This document shows, piece after piece, positions 57,385-64,000 of a stretch of DNA of 64,000 nt. This DNA comes from Candidatus Omnitrophota bacterium (lineage in GTDB: Bacteria; Omnitrophota; Gorgyraeia; Gygaellales; Profunditerraquicolaceae): positions 602,435 through 666,434 of the forward strand of contig JBAZKL010000002.1 of the NCBI GenBank assembly GCA_041650835.1, written 5' to 3'. Position 1 is the stretch's first letter, and each line of letters starts with the position of its first letter. The position numbers and the translations under genes are program-made. The notes beneath the pieces are model-generated. The model saw only the letters and a list, made by a program, of their open reading frames with translations. It did no database searches and was not told where the DNA came from.

Positions 57385-57548
57385 AAATAACTATTTAAAA
57401 TTAAAGTCTAAAGGTTAAAGTCTAAATAATAAAGGAAGATTAAAGGCCTAATGTTCCTATCTGTTGGTAGGCAGGTAATTTTAAAATTTATCCTTTAAAC
57501 TTTAAGCTTCCTTTGTTATTTAACCTTTAGGCTTTAACCTTAACTTAC
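57385..57548. repeat. AT-rich palindromic intergenic repeat, family copy 3 (rearranged or inverted core)
   Basis: It contains taaagtctaaaggttaaagtctaaata ... cttcctttgttatttaacctttaggctttaacc and the centre ggtaggcagg. Confidence 0.6.
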
Positions 57549-57569
57549 TATTAGCAATTACCTGAAATC

Positions 57570-59777
57570 CTAAGCTTTCTTTACTCCTCGAGCTGTCCAG
57601 GCCAATACCAACGGGGAAGCGATATAAACAGTAGAATAAACACCGGAAATAAATCCTACCAGTAACGCAAAAGCAAAGTTACTTAAGACTTCTCCGCCGT
57701 ACAAGAGAATTGAAATGACGGTCAAAAGAGTAATTCCGGAAGTCAAAACAGTCCTTCCCAAACACTGATTTACGCTCAAATTGATCTGTTCATACAGGCT
57801 TTTTTTCGGGAACAGACGTATATTCTCGCGCACCCGGTCATAAATAACTATCGTATCATTAATAGAGTAACCGGCAATGGTCAAGAACGCGGTCACACTT
57901 AAAAGATCGATTTGCCGTGAGGTCAACGCCATGAATCCCAACGCTACTAATACGTCATGGAATAAGGCGACCACGCCTGCGGCGGCAAAATTAAAATGCT
58001 TAAACCGGAAGGCGACATACACTAAAATTCCCAGCAACGACCACAAAAGAGACCATGACGCTTTTTCCTTTAAATGCTTGCCGGCAACAGGCCCGACCCG
58101 CTCGATCCGCAACATTTGAATGTCCTGGTCAGGAAAAGCTTCCTTTAATTTCTGGGTCATCACATTACTCTTATCCTGGCTCGTCTTTACCAGGATCACC
58201 GCGGGAGTATCTTTAAATTGCTGGATCGTGGCGTCAGCCAAACCCAGGTCTTTTAAGGCCTGGCGCACCAGCTCGATCTTGGGAGGATTCTTGAACTTAT
58301 ATTCCTGGATCTGGCCCCCCGAGAAATCAATGCCGTACGCTTTAGGCCCCTTCTGGAAACACACTGTCAAGCCAATACAGATCACCAGAAGCGACAGGGC
58401 ATAAAAGATCTTCCTTTTACCGATAAAATCAAACTTTGTTTCTTTGATCAAGGACAGCATCGGCAGGGACTTGACCAGATTAAAATGTAATAACACCTCG
58501 AAAATAGCACGGGTAACCACGATCGCCGTAAACAAACTCGAGAGTAAACCGATAGTCAAGGTAACCGCAAAGCCTCGAATTGGGCCGGTCCCGAATTGAA
58601 ACAATAAGAAAGCGGCAATTAAAGTTGTAACGTTAGAATCAAAAATGGCGCTGAATGCCTTATGATACCCGTTTTGGATTGCCGCGCGCAAGGTTTTACC
58701 CGTTAACAATTCTTCACGAATACGCTCATTGATCAGGACATTGGCATCAACCGCCATGCCCAAAGACAAAACAATACCGGCAATACCCGGCAAGGTCAAC
58801 GTTGCGGCGATACCCGGGAATAAAACAGGAAGGACGCCTAATCCGCCCAAGACCATGACCAGGTTACACAAAAGCGCAATATCGGATATCACGCCCGCAA
58901 GAAGATAATATCCCGCCATAAAAACAAAGACTAACACGATCCCCACAATGCTGGCTTTGACGCCTTTATTGATCGAATCCTGGCCTAATAAAGGGCCGAT
59001 AGTCCTTTCTTCCTCAACGATCATAGGAGCGGGAAGCGCGCCCACCCTTAAGACAAGCGCTAAATCCTGCGCCTGGACAACGTCAAACCGCCCTGAAATA
59101 ACCGCCTCCCCGGAGGGGATAGCTTCTTTTATGTTCGGGGCTGATTGCACTTTTCCGTCCAGGACTATCGCCAGCCTCCTGCCGATATTATTCGCGGTGA
59201 TCTCTCCGAACTTTTTGGCGCCGGCCGCGTTAAATTTTAAACCCACCACCGGCTCATTGAATTGGGCGGAGCTGAAATTCACCGAAGCGTCGGTCAAAGC
59301 ATCACCGGTCAAAACCGCCTGTTTTTCCAGGAGTATCGGTTCATTGTTTTCTTCCGTATATTTCAACTCCAGGCCTTCAGGAACAGTGCCGGCGAGGGCA
59401 TCTTTGAGTTTTTGCGGATCGGCAACGGCAAGTTTAAATTCAAGCATCGCGGTCTTGCCGATGATCTCAAGGGCGCGTTCACGATCGGTAACGCCCGGCA
59501 ATTGCACAATAACTTCATCATCCCCTTGTTTCTGAATGGCGGTCTCTCTGACGCCAAATTGATCGATCCTGCCGCGGATCACTTCAACAGCCCTGTCAGC
59601 AGCGTCGAGTTTAGCCTTATCGGACAAATGGCTGGTATCGATCTTAAGCAAAAGATGCATTCCCCCCTGGAGGTCCAGGCCCAAGTTAATTCTCTTATTG
59701 ACCGGAAAAGCATAAAAAGCACAGGTGCCTAAGACTGCGAGAATTAAGATTATCTTACCAAGTAACTTACGCTCCAT
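57570..59777 (-). CDS. secDF: Fused SecD/SecF protein-export membrane protein
   Basis: The 735-aa ORF has two 6-TM bundles and a periplasmic P1 domain, matching both the SecD and SecF families. Confidence 0.85.
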   Translation of the reverse strand: MERKLLGKIILILAVLGTCAFYAFPVNKRINLGLDLQGGMHLLLKIDTSHLSDKAKLDAADRAVEVIRGRIDQFGVRETAIQKQGDDEVIVQLPGVTDRERALEIIGKTAMLEFKLAVADPQKLKDALAGTVPEGLELKYTEENNEPILLEKQAVLTGDALTDASVNFSSAQFNEPVVGLKFNAAGAKKFGEITANNIGRRLAIVLDGKVQSAPNIKEAIPSGEAVISGRFDVVQAQDLALVLRVGALPAPMIVEEERTIGPLLGQDSINKGVKASIVGIVLVFVFMAGYYLLAGVISDIALLCNLVMVLGGLGVLPVLFPGIAATLTLPGIAGIVLSLGMAVDANVLINERIREELLTGKTLRAAIQNGYHKAFSAIFDSNVTTLIAAFLLFQFGTGPIRGFAVTLTIGLLSSLFTAIVVTRAIFEVLLHFNLVKSLPMLSLIKETKFDFIGKRKIFYALSLLVICIGLTVCFQKGPKAYGIDFSGGQIQEYKFKNPPKIELVRQALKDLGLADATIQQFKDTPAVILVKTSQDKSNVMTQKLKEAFPDQDIQMLRIERVGPVAGKHLKEKASWSLLWSLLGILVYVAFRFKHFNFAAAGVVALFHDVLVALGFMALTSRQIDLLSVTAFLTIAGYSINDTIVIYDRVRENIRLFPKKSLYEQINLSVNQCLGRTVLTSGITLLTVISILLYGGEVLSNFAFALLVGFISGVYSTVYIASPLVLAWTARGVKKA

Positions 59778-59821
59778 AGCATATTCCCCTTTATGTTGTA
59801 AATTTCATTGTCACGGGACAC

Positions 59822-60109
59822 TTACGCGCTTTGCGCTTTCTTGACAAAAGAAACGCAATTCTTTTCAACTTCAACCTTAACATTTTCATCAATGCGTATG
59901 ATCACTGTTTTTTCTTTTACCGTAACGACCGTCCCATGTATTCCCCCGGTAGTAACCACTTCGTCATTTTTGTTCAAGCTGCTGATCATTTTCTGCCGGT
60001 CTTTCTCCTGCTTTTTCTGCGGGCGGATGATGAGAAAATAAAAAATAACGAACAACAGGGCTAACGGGACTAAATTCAAGATCGGATTAACCGGTGTTTG
60101 CGGCGGCAT
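59822..60109 (-). CDS. yajC: Preprotein translocase subunit YajC
   Basis: LALLFVIFYFLIIRPQKK is the YajC signature. Confidence 0.85.
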   Translation of the reverse strand: MPPQTPVNPILNLVPLALLFVIFYFLIIRPQKKQEKDRQKMISSLNKNDEVVTTGGIHGTVVTVKEKTVIIRIDENVKVEVEKNCVSFVKKAQSA

Positions 60110-60140
60110 ACTTCTACCTCCTCTATAAAATTAATGGTTA

Positions 60141-60377
60141 TTATGCAGTTTTATCAACAAGCCGGGCAATTGTCTGAGAAACAAGCGCTCCCTTGCTCTT
60201 CCAGAACGAAAGCCTTTCTTTATCGACCTTGATAGCGCCGGATATCGGATTATAATAACCGATCTCCTCGACAAACCTGCTGTCTCTGCCGGCTTCGCTG
60301 TTAAAGACCGAAACGCGAAAATGCGGATTTTTCTTCGGATTCTTACCTATTCTTCTTAACCTGATGCGTACTGCCAT
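60141..60377 (-). CDS. rpsP: 30S ribosomal protein S16
   Basis: MAVRIRLRRIGKNPKKNPHFRV matches S16. Confidence 0.9.
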   Translation of the reverse strand: MAVRIRLRRIGKNPKKNPHFRVSVFNSEAGRDSRFVEEIGYYNPISGAIKVDKERLSFWKSKGALVSQTIARLVDKTA

Positions 60378-60433
60378 GATACCTCCCTTTATTTTTTTAA
60401 TTACCCAAGATACTTAAAACAGCGGGCATCTTT

Positions 60434-61957
60434 TTAACAACGCAACGCCTCTAATAATACCTTGGCCTTATTAACCGATTCCATATATTCCCGTTCGGGT
60501 ATGGAATCAGCGACAATACCCGCGCCTGCCTGAACATAGGCGACCTTGTTTTTCACCAGGATCGTGCGTATGGTAATACACGTATCCATATTATGCGAAA
60601 AGCTGAAATACCCCACAGCTCCCGCATAGGTAGCGCGTTTAACATTCTCTAACTCATCAACGATCTCCATCGCCCTGATCTTGGGGCTGCCGGAAACAGT
60701 GCCGGCAGGAAAACACGCCCGCAAAGCATCATAGAGGTCCTTACCTTTTTGTAACTGGCCGCTGACGTCGCTGACCAGGTGCATAACGTGGGAATAGCGT
60801 TCTACTGCCATAAAGGTATTGACCTTCACCTTCCCCTGGACAGAAACCCTGCCGACGTCGTTTCTTCCCAGGTCAACCAGCATGATATGCTCTGCTTTTT
60901 CCTTGGCATCCCCTAAAAGCTCTTTTTCTAAAAGGGCGTCTTCGCTTTCAGTCGCGCCGCGCCTGCGGGTACCGGCAATAGGCCGGGTCTCGACACGCGT
61001 GTCTTCACAACGTACCAGCATTTCAGGGGAAGAACCGATCAAAGTGATCGCATCCAACTTCAAAAAGAACATATACGGAGAAGGATTAAGGCTGCGCAGG
61101 TCCCGGTAAATATCAAAGGGGTCCTTAGAGATCAGGGCTTTAAACCTCTGTGAAAGAACAACCTGGATAATATCGCCTTTACGGATATATTCTTTGGCCT
61201 TATTTACTATACCACAAAACTCGGCTTTTTTAAAATTAGATTCTATTTTTAACTCGCAGTCCGCTCTCGGCTCTCTTCTCTCCTGTTTGAGCGTTTTCTT
61301 GAAACCATCGCTGATAGAATCGATATTCCTGAGCGCTAAGCGGTAAATCTTCTCCTTTTCCTTCAAGGAAAGCTTTTGCCCCCCTTGAGGCAGGATAATA
61401 TTTGAAACGATCTTAATGGTATGATTGACATGGTCAAAAACCAGGAGGGTATCCGTTAAGATAAAGATACAATCCGGCACTTCCAGGTCATCAGGGTTCT
61501 TATCCGGGATCTCTTCAAAAAACCTCACCATATCATAACCGATATAACCGACAAACCCTCCGTAAAAACGCGGCAGGCCTTTAATACGAGCCGCGCGGAA
61601 ATCCTTCATGATCTTTTTGATCTCATCCAAGGGATCAGTTGCAGTGGCATACTGCTCGCGTTTCTTTAACGCCGCCCCAAAGTTGTTTATCTGGTCTTTC
61701 CCCGCGCCGCGGAATTCAATACTGATATTCTTACCTTTACTCTGGAAGACCAAACAGGGATTACTTCCTAAAAAAGAGAAGCGGGCGATATTTTCCTGCC
61801 CTTCAACGGATTCCAGTAAAAAAGCGTAAGCATCCTTCTTTATTTTCAGGTAAGCCGATACCGGCGTATCCAGGTCGGCATTGATCTCCTTGTAAACAGG
61901 GATAATGTTGCACTGTTTCGACAATTTAATGAATTCTTTGAGTGATGGGGTGTACAT
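60434..61957 (-). CDS. trpE: Anthranilate synthase component I-like chorismate-binding enzyme
   Basis: The N-terminal LLESVEG...RFSFLG is followed by the chorismate-binding C-domain PIAGTRRRG...GAVGYFSF. Confidence 0.8.
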   Translation of the reverse strand: MYTPSLKEFIKLSKQCNIIPVYKEINADLDTPVSAYLKIKKDAYAFLLESVEGQENIARFSFLGSNPCLVFQSKGKNISIEFRGAGKDQINNFGAALKKREQYATATDPLDEIKKIMKDFRAARIKGLPRFYGGFVGYIGYDMVRFFEEIPDKNPDDLEVPDCIFILTDTLLVFDHVNHTIKIVSNIILPQGGQKLSLKEKEKIYRLALRNIDSISDGFKKTLKQERREPRADCELKIESNFKKAEFCGIVNKAKEYIRKGDIIQVVLSQRFKALISKDPFDIYRDLRSLNPSPYMFFLKLDAITLIGSSPEMLVRCEDTRVETRPIAGTRRRGATESEDALLEKELLGDAKEKAEHIMLVDLGRNDVGRVSVQGKVKVNTFMAVERYSHVMHLVSDVSGQLQKGKDLYDALRACFPAGTVSGSPKIRAMEIVDELENVKRATYAGAVGYFSFSHNMDTCITIRTILVKNKVAYVQAGAGIVADSIPEREYMESVNKAKVLLEALRC

Positions 61958-61959
61958 AG

Positions 61960-62092
61960 TTAATTTTAAAGTCTAAAGTTTAAAGATCAAAGGAAGGTTT
62001 AAAATTAAAGTTTAAATTTTAAAATTGATCATTAAACCTTTAATCTTCCTTTGATATTTAGACTTTAACCTTTAAACTTTAGCTTTTAAAGC
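61960..62092. repeat. AT-rich palindromic intergenic repeat, family copy 4. Its right end overlaps the hisI 3' end and stop codon.
   Basis: ttttaaagtctaaagtttaaagatcaaaggaagg...cttcctttgatatttagactttaacctttaaacttt. The last 7 codons of hisI (KIALKAKV*) are encoded by the repeat. Confidence 0.65.
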
Positions 62093-62422
62093 TATTTTTC
62101 TATAAAAACACGAACGGTTTCCGGTGTGGCAGGCAACTCCGATCTGCCGTACCTTGATCAACAAAGCGTCCATATCGCAATCATAGGAAATTGATTTTAC
62201 ATATTGGAAATTCCCTGAAGTTGCGCCCTTGATCCAATATTCCTTGCGCGAGCGGGACCAAAAACAGGTCTTACCAAGCTTGATCGTCCGCCTGACCGAT
62301 TCAGCGTTCATATAGGCGACCATTAAAACTTCAAGGTCTTTATAATCCTGGATAATAGCAGGGATCAATCCTTTTTCATCAAATTTAAGGTCTTTCACTT
62401 TAAATACCTCTTTTTTTTCCAC
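62072..62422 (-). CDS. hisI: Phosphoribosyl-AMP cyclohydrolase HisI
   Basis: GLIPAIIQD...[10 protein letters not shown]...[10 protein letters not shown] matches HisI. Confidence 0.9.
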   Translation of the reverse strand: MEKKEVFKVKDLKFDEKGLIPAIIQDYKDLEVLMVAYMNAESVRRTIKLGKTCFWSRSRKEYWIKGATSGNFQYVKSISYDCDMDALLIKVRQIGVACHTGNRSCFYRKIALKAKV

Positions 62423-62446
62423 GAACCTTCCCTCCTTTTTTCAAGC

Positions 62447-63292
62447 TCACAATCTGACTGCCACGCCTTTTTCCTTTAAATATTCCTTCACCTGCTTAAC
62501 ATCCAATTCCTGATAATGAAAAAGAGACGCTGCTAAACAAGCATCCGCATTTGCTTTATCAATGACCTCATAAAAATCCGACAGCTTACCTGCTCCCCCT
62601 GAAGCAATTACAGGGATGTTGACCGCTTCAGCCACAGCCTTGGTCAAAGCGATATCATAACCGTCTTTTGTCCCGTCAAAATCCATACTGGTCAAAAGGA
62701 TCTCACCCGCCCCCAAAGAAGCGGCTTGCCTTGCCCAATCCAGGGCGTCAATTCCCGTCGCGGTCCTTCCCCCATTAATATAGACTTCCCATTTGTCAGT
62801 CCACGGTCCCTGCCTGTCCGGCAGGCAGGCATGGTCGATAGTCGACGGTTCATCCTTTTTCTCGCTATGGACTATCGACTGTGGGCTACTGACTGCTTTA
62901 GCGTCGATCGCCACGACGATACATTGACTGCCGAACCTGGCCGCGGCATCGCTGATCAAGTCAGGGCATTTAACGGCAGAAGTATTCATGGATACTTTTT
63001 CCGCTCCCGCGTTAAGCAGATTACGGATATCCGCGACAGAACCGATACCGCCGCCCACGGTGAAAGGCATGAATATATTTTGGGCGATGCGTTCAACCAG
63101 CTCCACGAAAGTCTTACGCTTCTCAAAACTTGCCGTAATATCAAGGAACACCAACTCATCAGAGCCTTGAGCGTCATAAACTTTGGCAACCTCGACAGGG
63201 TCACCCGCGTCCCGCAAACCTAAAAACTTCACTCCCTTGACAACCCTGCCCTCTTTAATATCCAGGCAGGGAATAATACGCTTCGTAAGCAT
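62447..63292 (-). CDS. hisF: Imidazole glycerol phosphate synthase cyclase subunit HisF (with an insertion of about 30 aa)
   Basis: [19 protein letters not shown]...[20 protein letters not shown] matches HisF. An extra segment, [31 protein letters not shown], is inserted. Confidence 0.9.
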   Translation of the reverse strand: MLTKRIIPCLDIKEGRVVKGVKFLGLRDAGDPVEVAKVYDAQGSDELVFLDITASFEKRKTFVELVERIAQNIFMPFTVGGGIGSVADIRNLLNAGAEKVSMNTSAVKCPDLISDAAARFGSQCIVVAIDAKAVSSPQSIVHSEKKDEPSTIDHACLPDRQGPWTDKWEVYINGGRTATGIDALDWARQAASLGAGEILLTSMDFDGTKDGYDIALTKAVAEAVNIPVIASGGAGKLSDFYEVIDKANADACLAASLFHYQELDVKQVKEYLKEKGVAVRL

Positions 63293-63302
63293 ATGTTTAG
63301 AA

Positions 63303-63749
63303 TTATTTCTCTTTCTGGTATAAATAAGGGCTCAACAATTCCCAGGTCTTCTTGCCGACTGCACCGTCGGGTTTTAAACTATTGGCTCTTTGAAAAGATT
63401 TGATCGCTTCCCGCGTTTTCCTTCCCTTACGGCCGTCAATGGAACCGGGGTCAAAACCGGCGTTTCTTAAAGCAAGCTGTATTTGTTTCATTGTCGGGCG
63501 CATGACTTTTAAAGAACCTGTCTCAATAAACGTTGCCTTAGATGAAGCGGTTTCTTCAGTCACCCTGCGCAAAGCATCGCGCAAGCTGCTGATCTCCTGG
63601 TCCTTAGCCTGAAGCTGCGCTTCCAGAACGCCGACTTGATTACGTAACCCCTGGTTTTCCAGATCTGCCGGCTTACCGGTCGTAGCGCATCCGTTTAAAA
63701 GCAATAAAGCGAATAAAAACATCGAAAATCCTATTGTCTGCTTCACCAT
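63303..63749 (-). CDS. Lipoprotein with a coiled coil and a C-terminal peptidoglycan-binding (PG_binding_1) domain
   Basis: A signal peptide with a lipobox is followed by [43 protein letters not shown]. Confidence 0.7.
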   Translation of the reverse strand: MVKQTIGFSMFLFALLLLNGCATTGKPADLENQGLRNQVGVLEAQLQAKDQEISSLRDALRRVTEETASSKATFIETGSLKVMRPTMKQIQLALRNAGFDPGSIDGRKGRKTREAIKSFQRANSLKPDGAVGKKTWELLSPYLYQKEK

Positions 63750-63790
63750 CGTCTCCTCCTTCGTATTTCAAATACAATTGCACCGCGTAC

Positions 63791-64000
63791 CTATGCTAAC
63801 CGCAGCGCTTCCTGAAGCGTAAACTTCCCTTCATACAACGCTTTCCCGATAATAACCCCCGTAACACCTTCCTTTTCTAATGACTTCAGCTTCCCAATAT
63901 CAACAAGGCAAGATATTCCTCCCGAAGCGACAACGCCGATACCGACTTTCTTCAGCAGATCACTGATCGCCTCAATATTAGGGCCTTTCAGCGTCCCGTC
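63791..64000 (-). CDS. hisA: HisA (ProFAR isomerase) C-terminus, partial at the window edge
   Basis: The reverse-strand translation is DGTLKGPNIEAISDLLKKVGIGVVASGGISCLVDIGKLKSLEKEGVTGVIIGKALYEGKFTLQEALRLA*. Confidence 0.75.
   Translation of the reverse strand, partial: DGTLKGPNIEAISDLLKKVGIGVVASGGISCLVDIGKLKSLEKEGVTGVIIGKALYEGKFTLQEALRLA

Noticed and set aside
44720-62100. I considered whether the AT-rich palindromic repeats are a CRISPR array or tRNA genes.
   Set aside because: The copies are tens of kb apart. They are not separated by regular spacers, they are imperfect palindromes rather than direct repeats, and they show no tRNA cloverleaf or T-loop consensus.
1817-63612. Numerous plus-strand ORFs of 60-195 aa in the track that lie inside minus-strand genes, for example 56643-57221 and 58948-59535.
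   Set aside because: They overlap well-supported conserved genes on the opposite strand and have low-complexity, Ser/Arg/Pro-rich translations typical of antisense frames. None shows a recognisable motif.

Overview
This 64 kb window looks like a single bacterial chromosomal stretch, with essentially every gene on the minus strand, and it falls into four parts. Gene content (MvhADG/HdrA hydrogenase, giant coiled-coil proteins, secretins) is compatible with an uncultured anaerobe such as an Omnitrophota- or Deltaproteobacteria-like lineage, but the sequence itself does not confirm this.

1. Positions 1-26300 hold a very large Wzx/Wzy-dependent glycan biosynthesis locus. It encodes about eight glycosyltransferases (GT2, GT4, two GT9 heptosyltransferase-like, two GT-C-like membrane proteins) and an unusual eight class-I SAM methyltransferase domains. 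One of these is fused to a GT4, and three carry N-terminal zinc ribbons. The locus also has a DegT aminotransferase, a radical-SAM enzyme, an APH-like kinase, a Wzx flippase, a Wzy/O-antigen-ligase-like protein, a Wzc-type chain-length/BY-kinase and Wza.

2. Positions 26743-41960 directly abut and are co-oriented with the EPS genes. They hold a duplicated module: a small MerR/excisionase-like HTH protein, a secretin and a coiled-coil protein with a C-terminal TPR. One copy of the coiled-coil protein is 1025 aa with about ten 33-aa tandem repeats. The module also has a GspC/PilP-like protein, an ExeA/GspA-like AAA ATPase, an HD-GYP phosphodiesterase and a 655-aa membrane-anchored coiled coil. 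There are no pilins and no GspE/F. This is the best candidate for an undescribed envelope, export or structural system. A sigma70 promoter and a 16-bp perfect palindromic operator sit upstream of the first HTH gene.

3. Positions 42262-52188 hold a two-component system, an MCP, TusA and a group-3c-type [NiFe] hydrogenase with HdrA (hdrA-mvhD-mvhG-mvhA-protease).

4. Positions 52422-64000 hold housekeeping genes: rsmA, pdxA, surA-like, a short mfd, secDF, yajC, rpsP, trpE, hisI, hisF and hisA.

Two non-coding repeat families stand out. The first is four copies of an AT-rich imperfect palindrome of about 140 bp in intergenic regions; one copy supplies the last codons and stop of hisI. The second is two GC-rich, hairpin-dense intergenic elements inside the glycan locus, at 9383-9842 and 26257-26742. 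These share three sequence modules in circularly permuted order and opposite orientation.

I found no rRNA, tRNA, CRISPR array, transposase or integrase.
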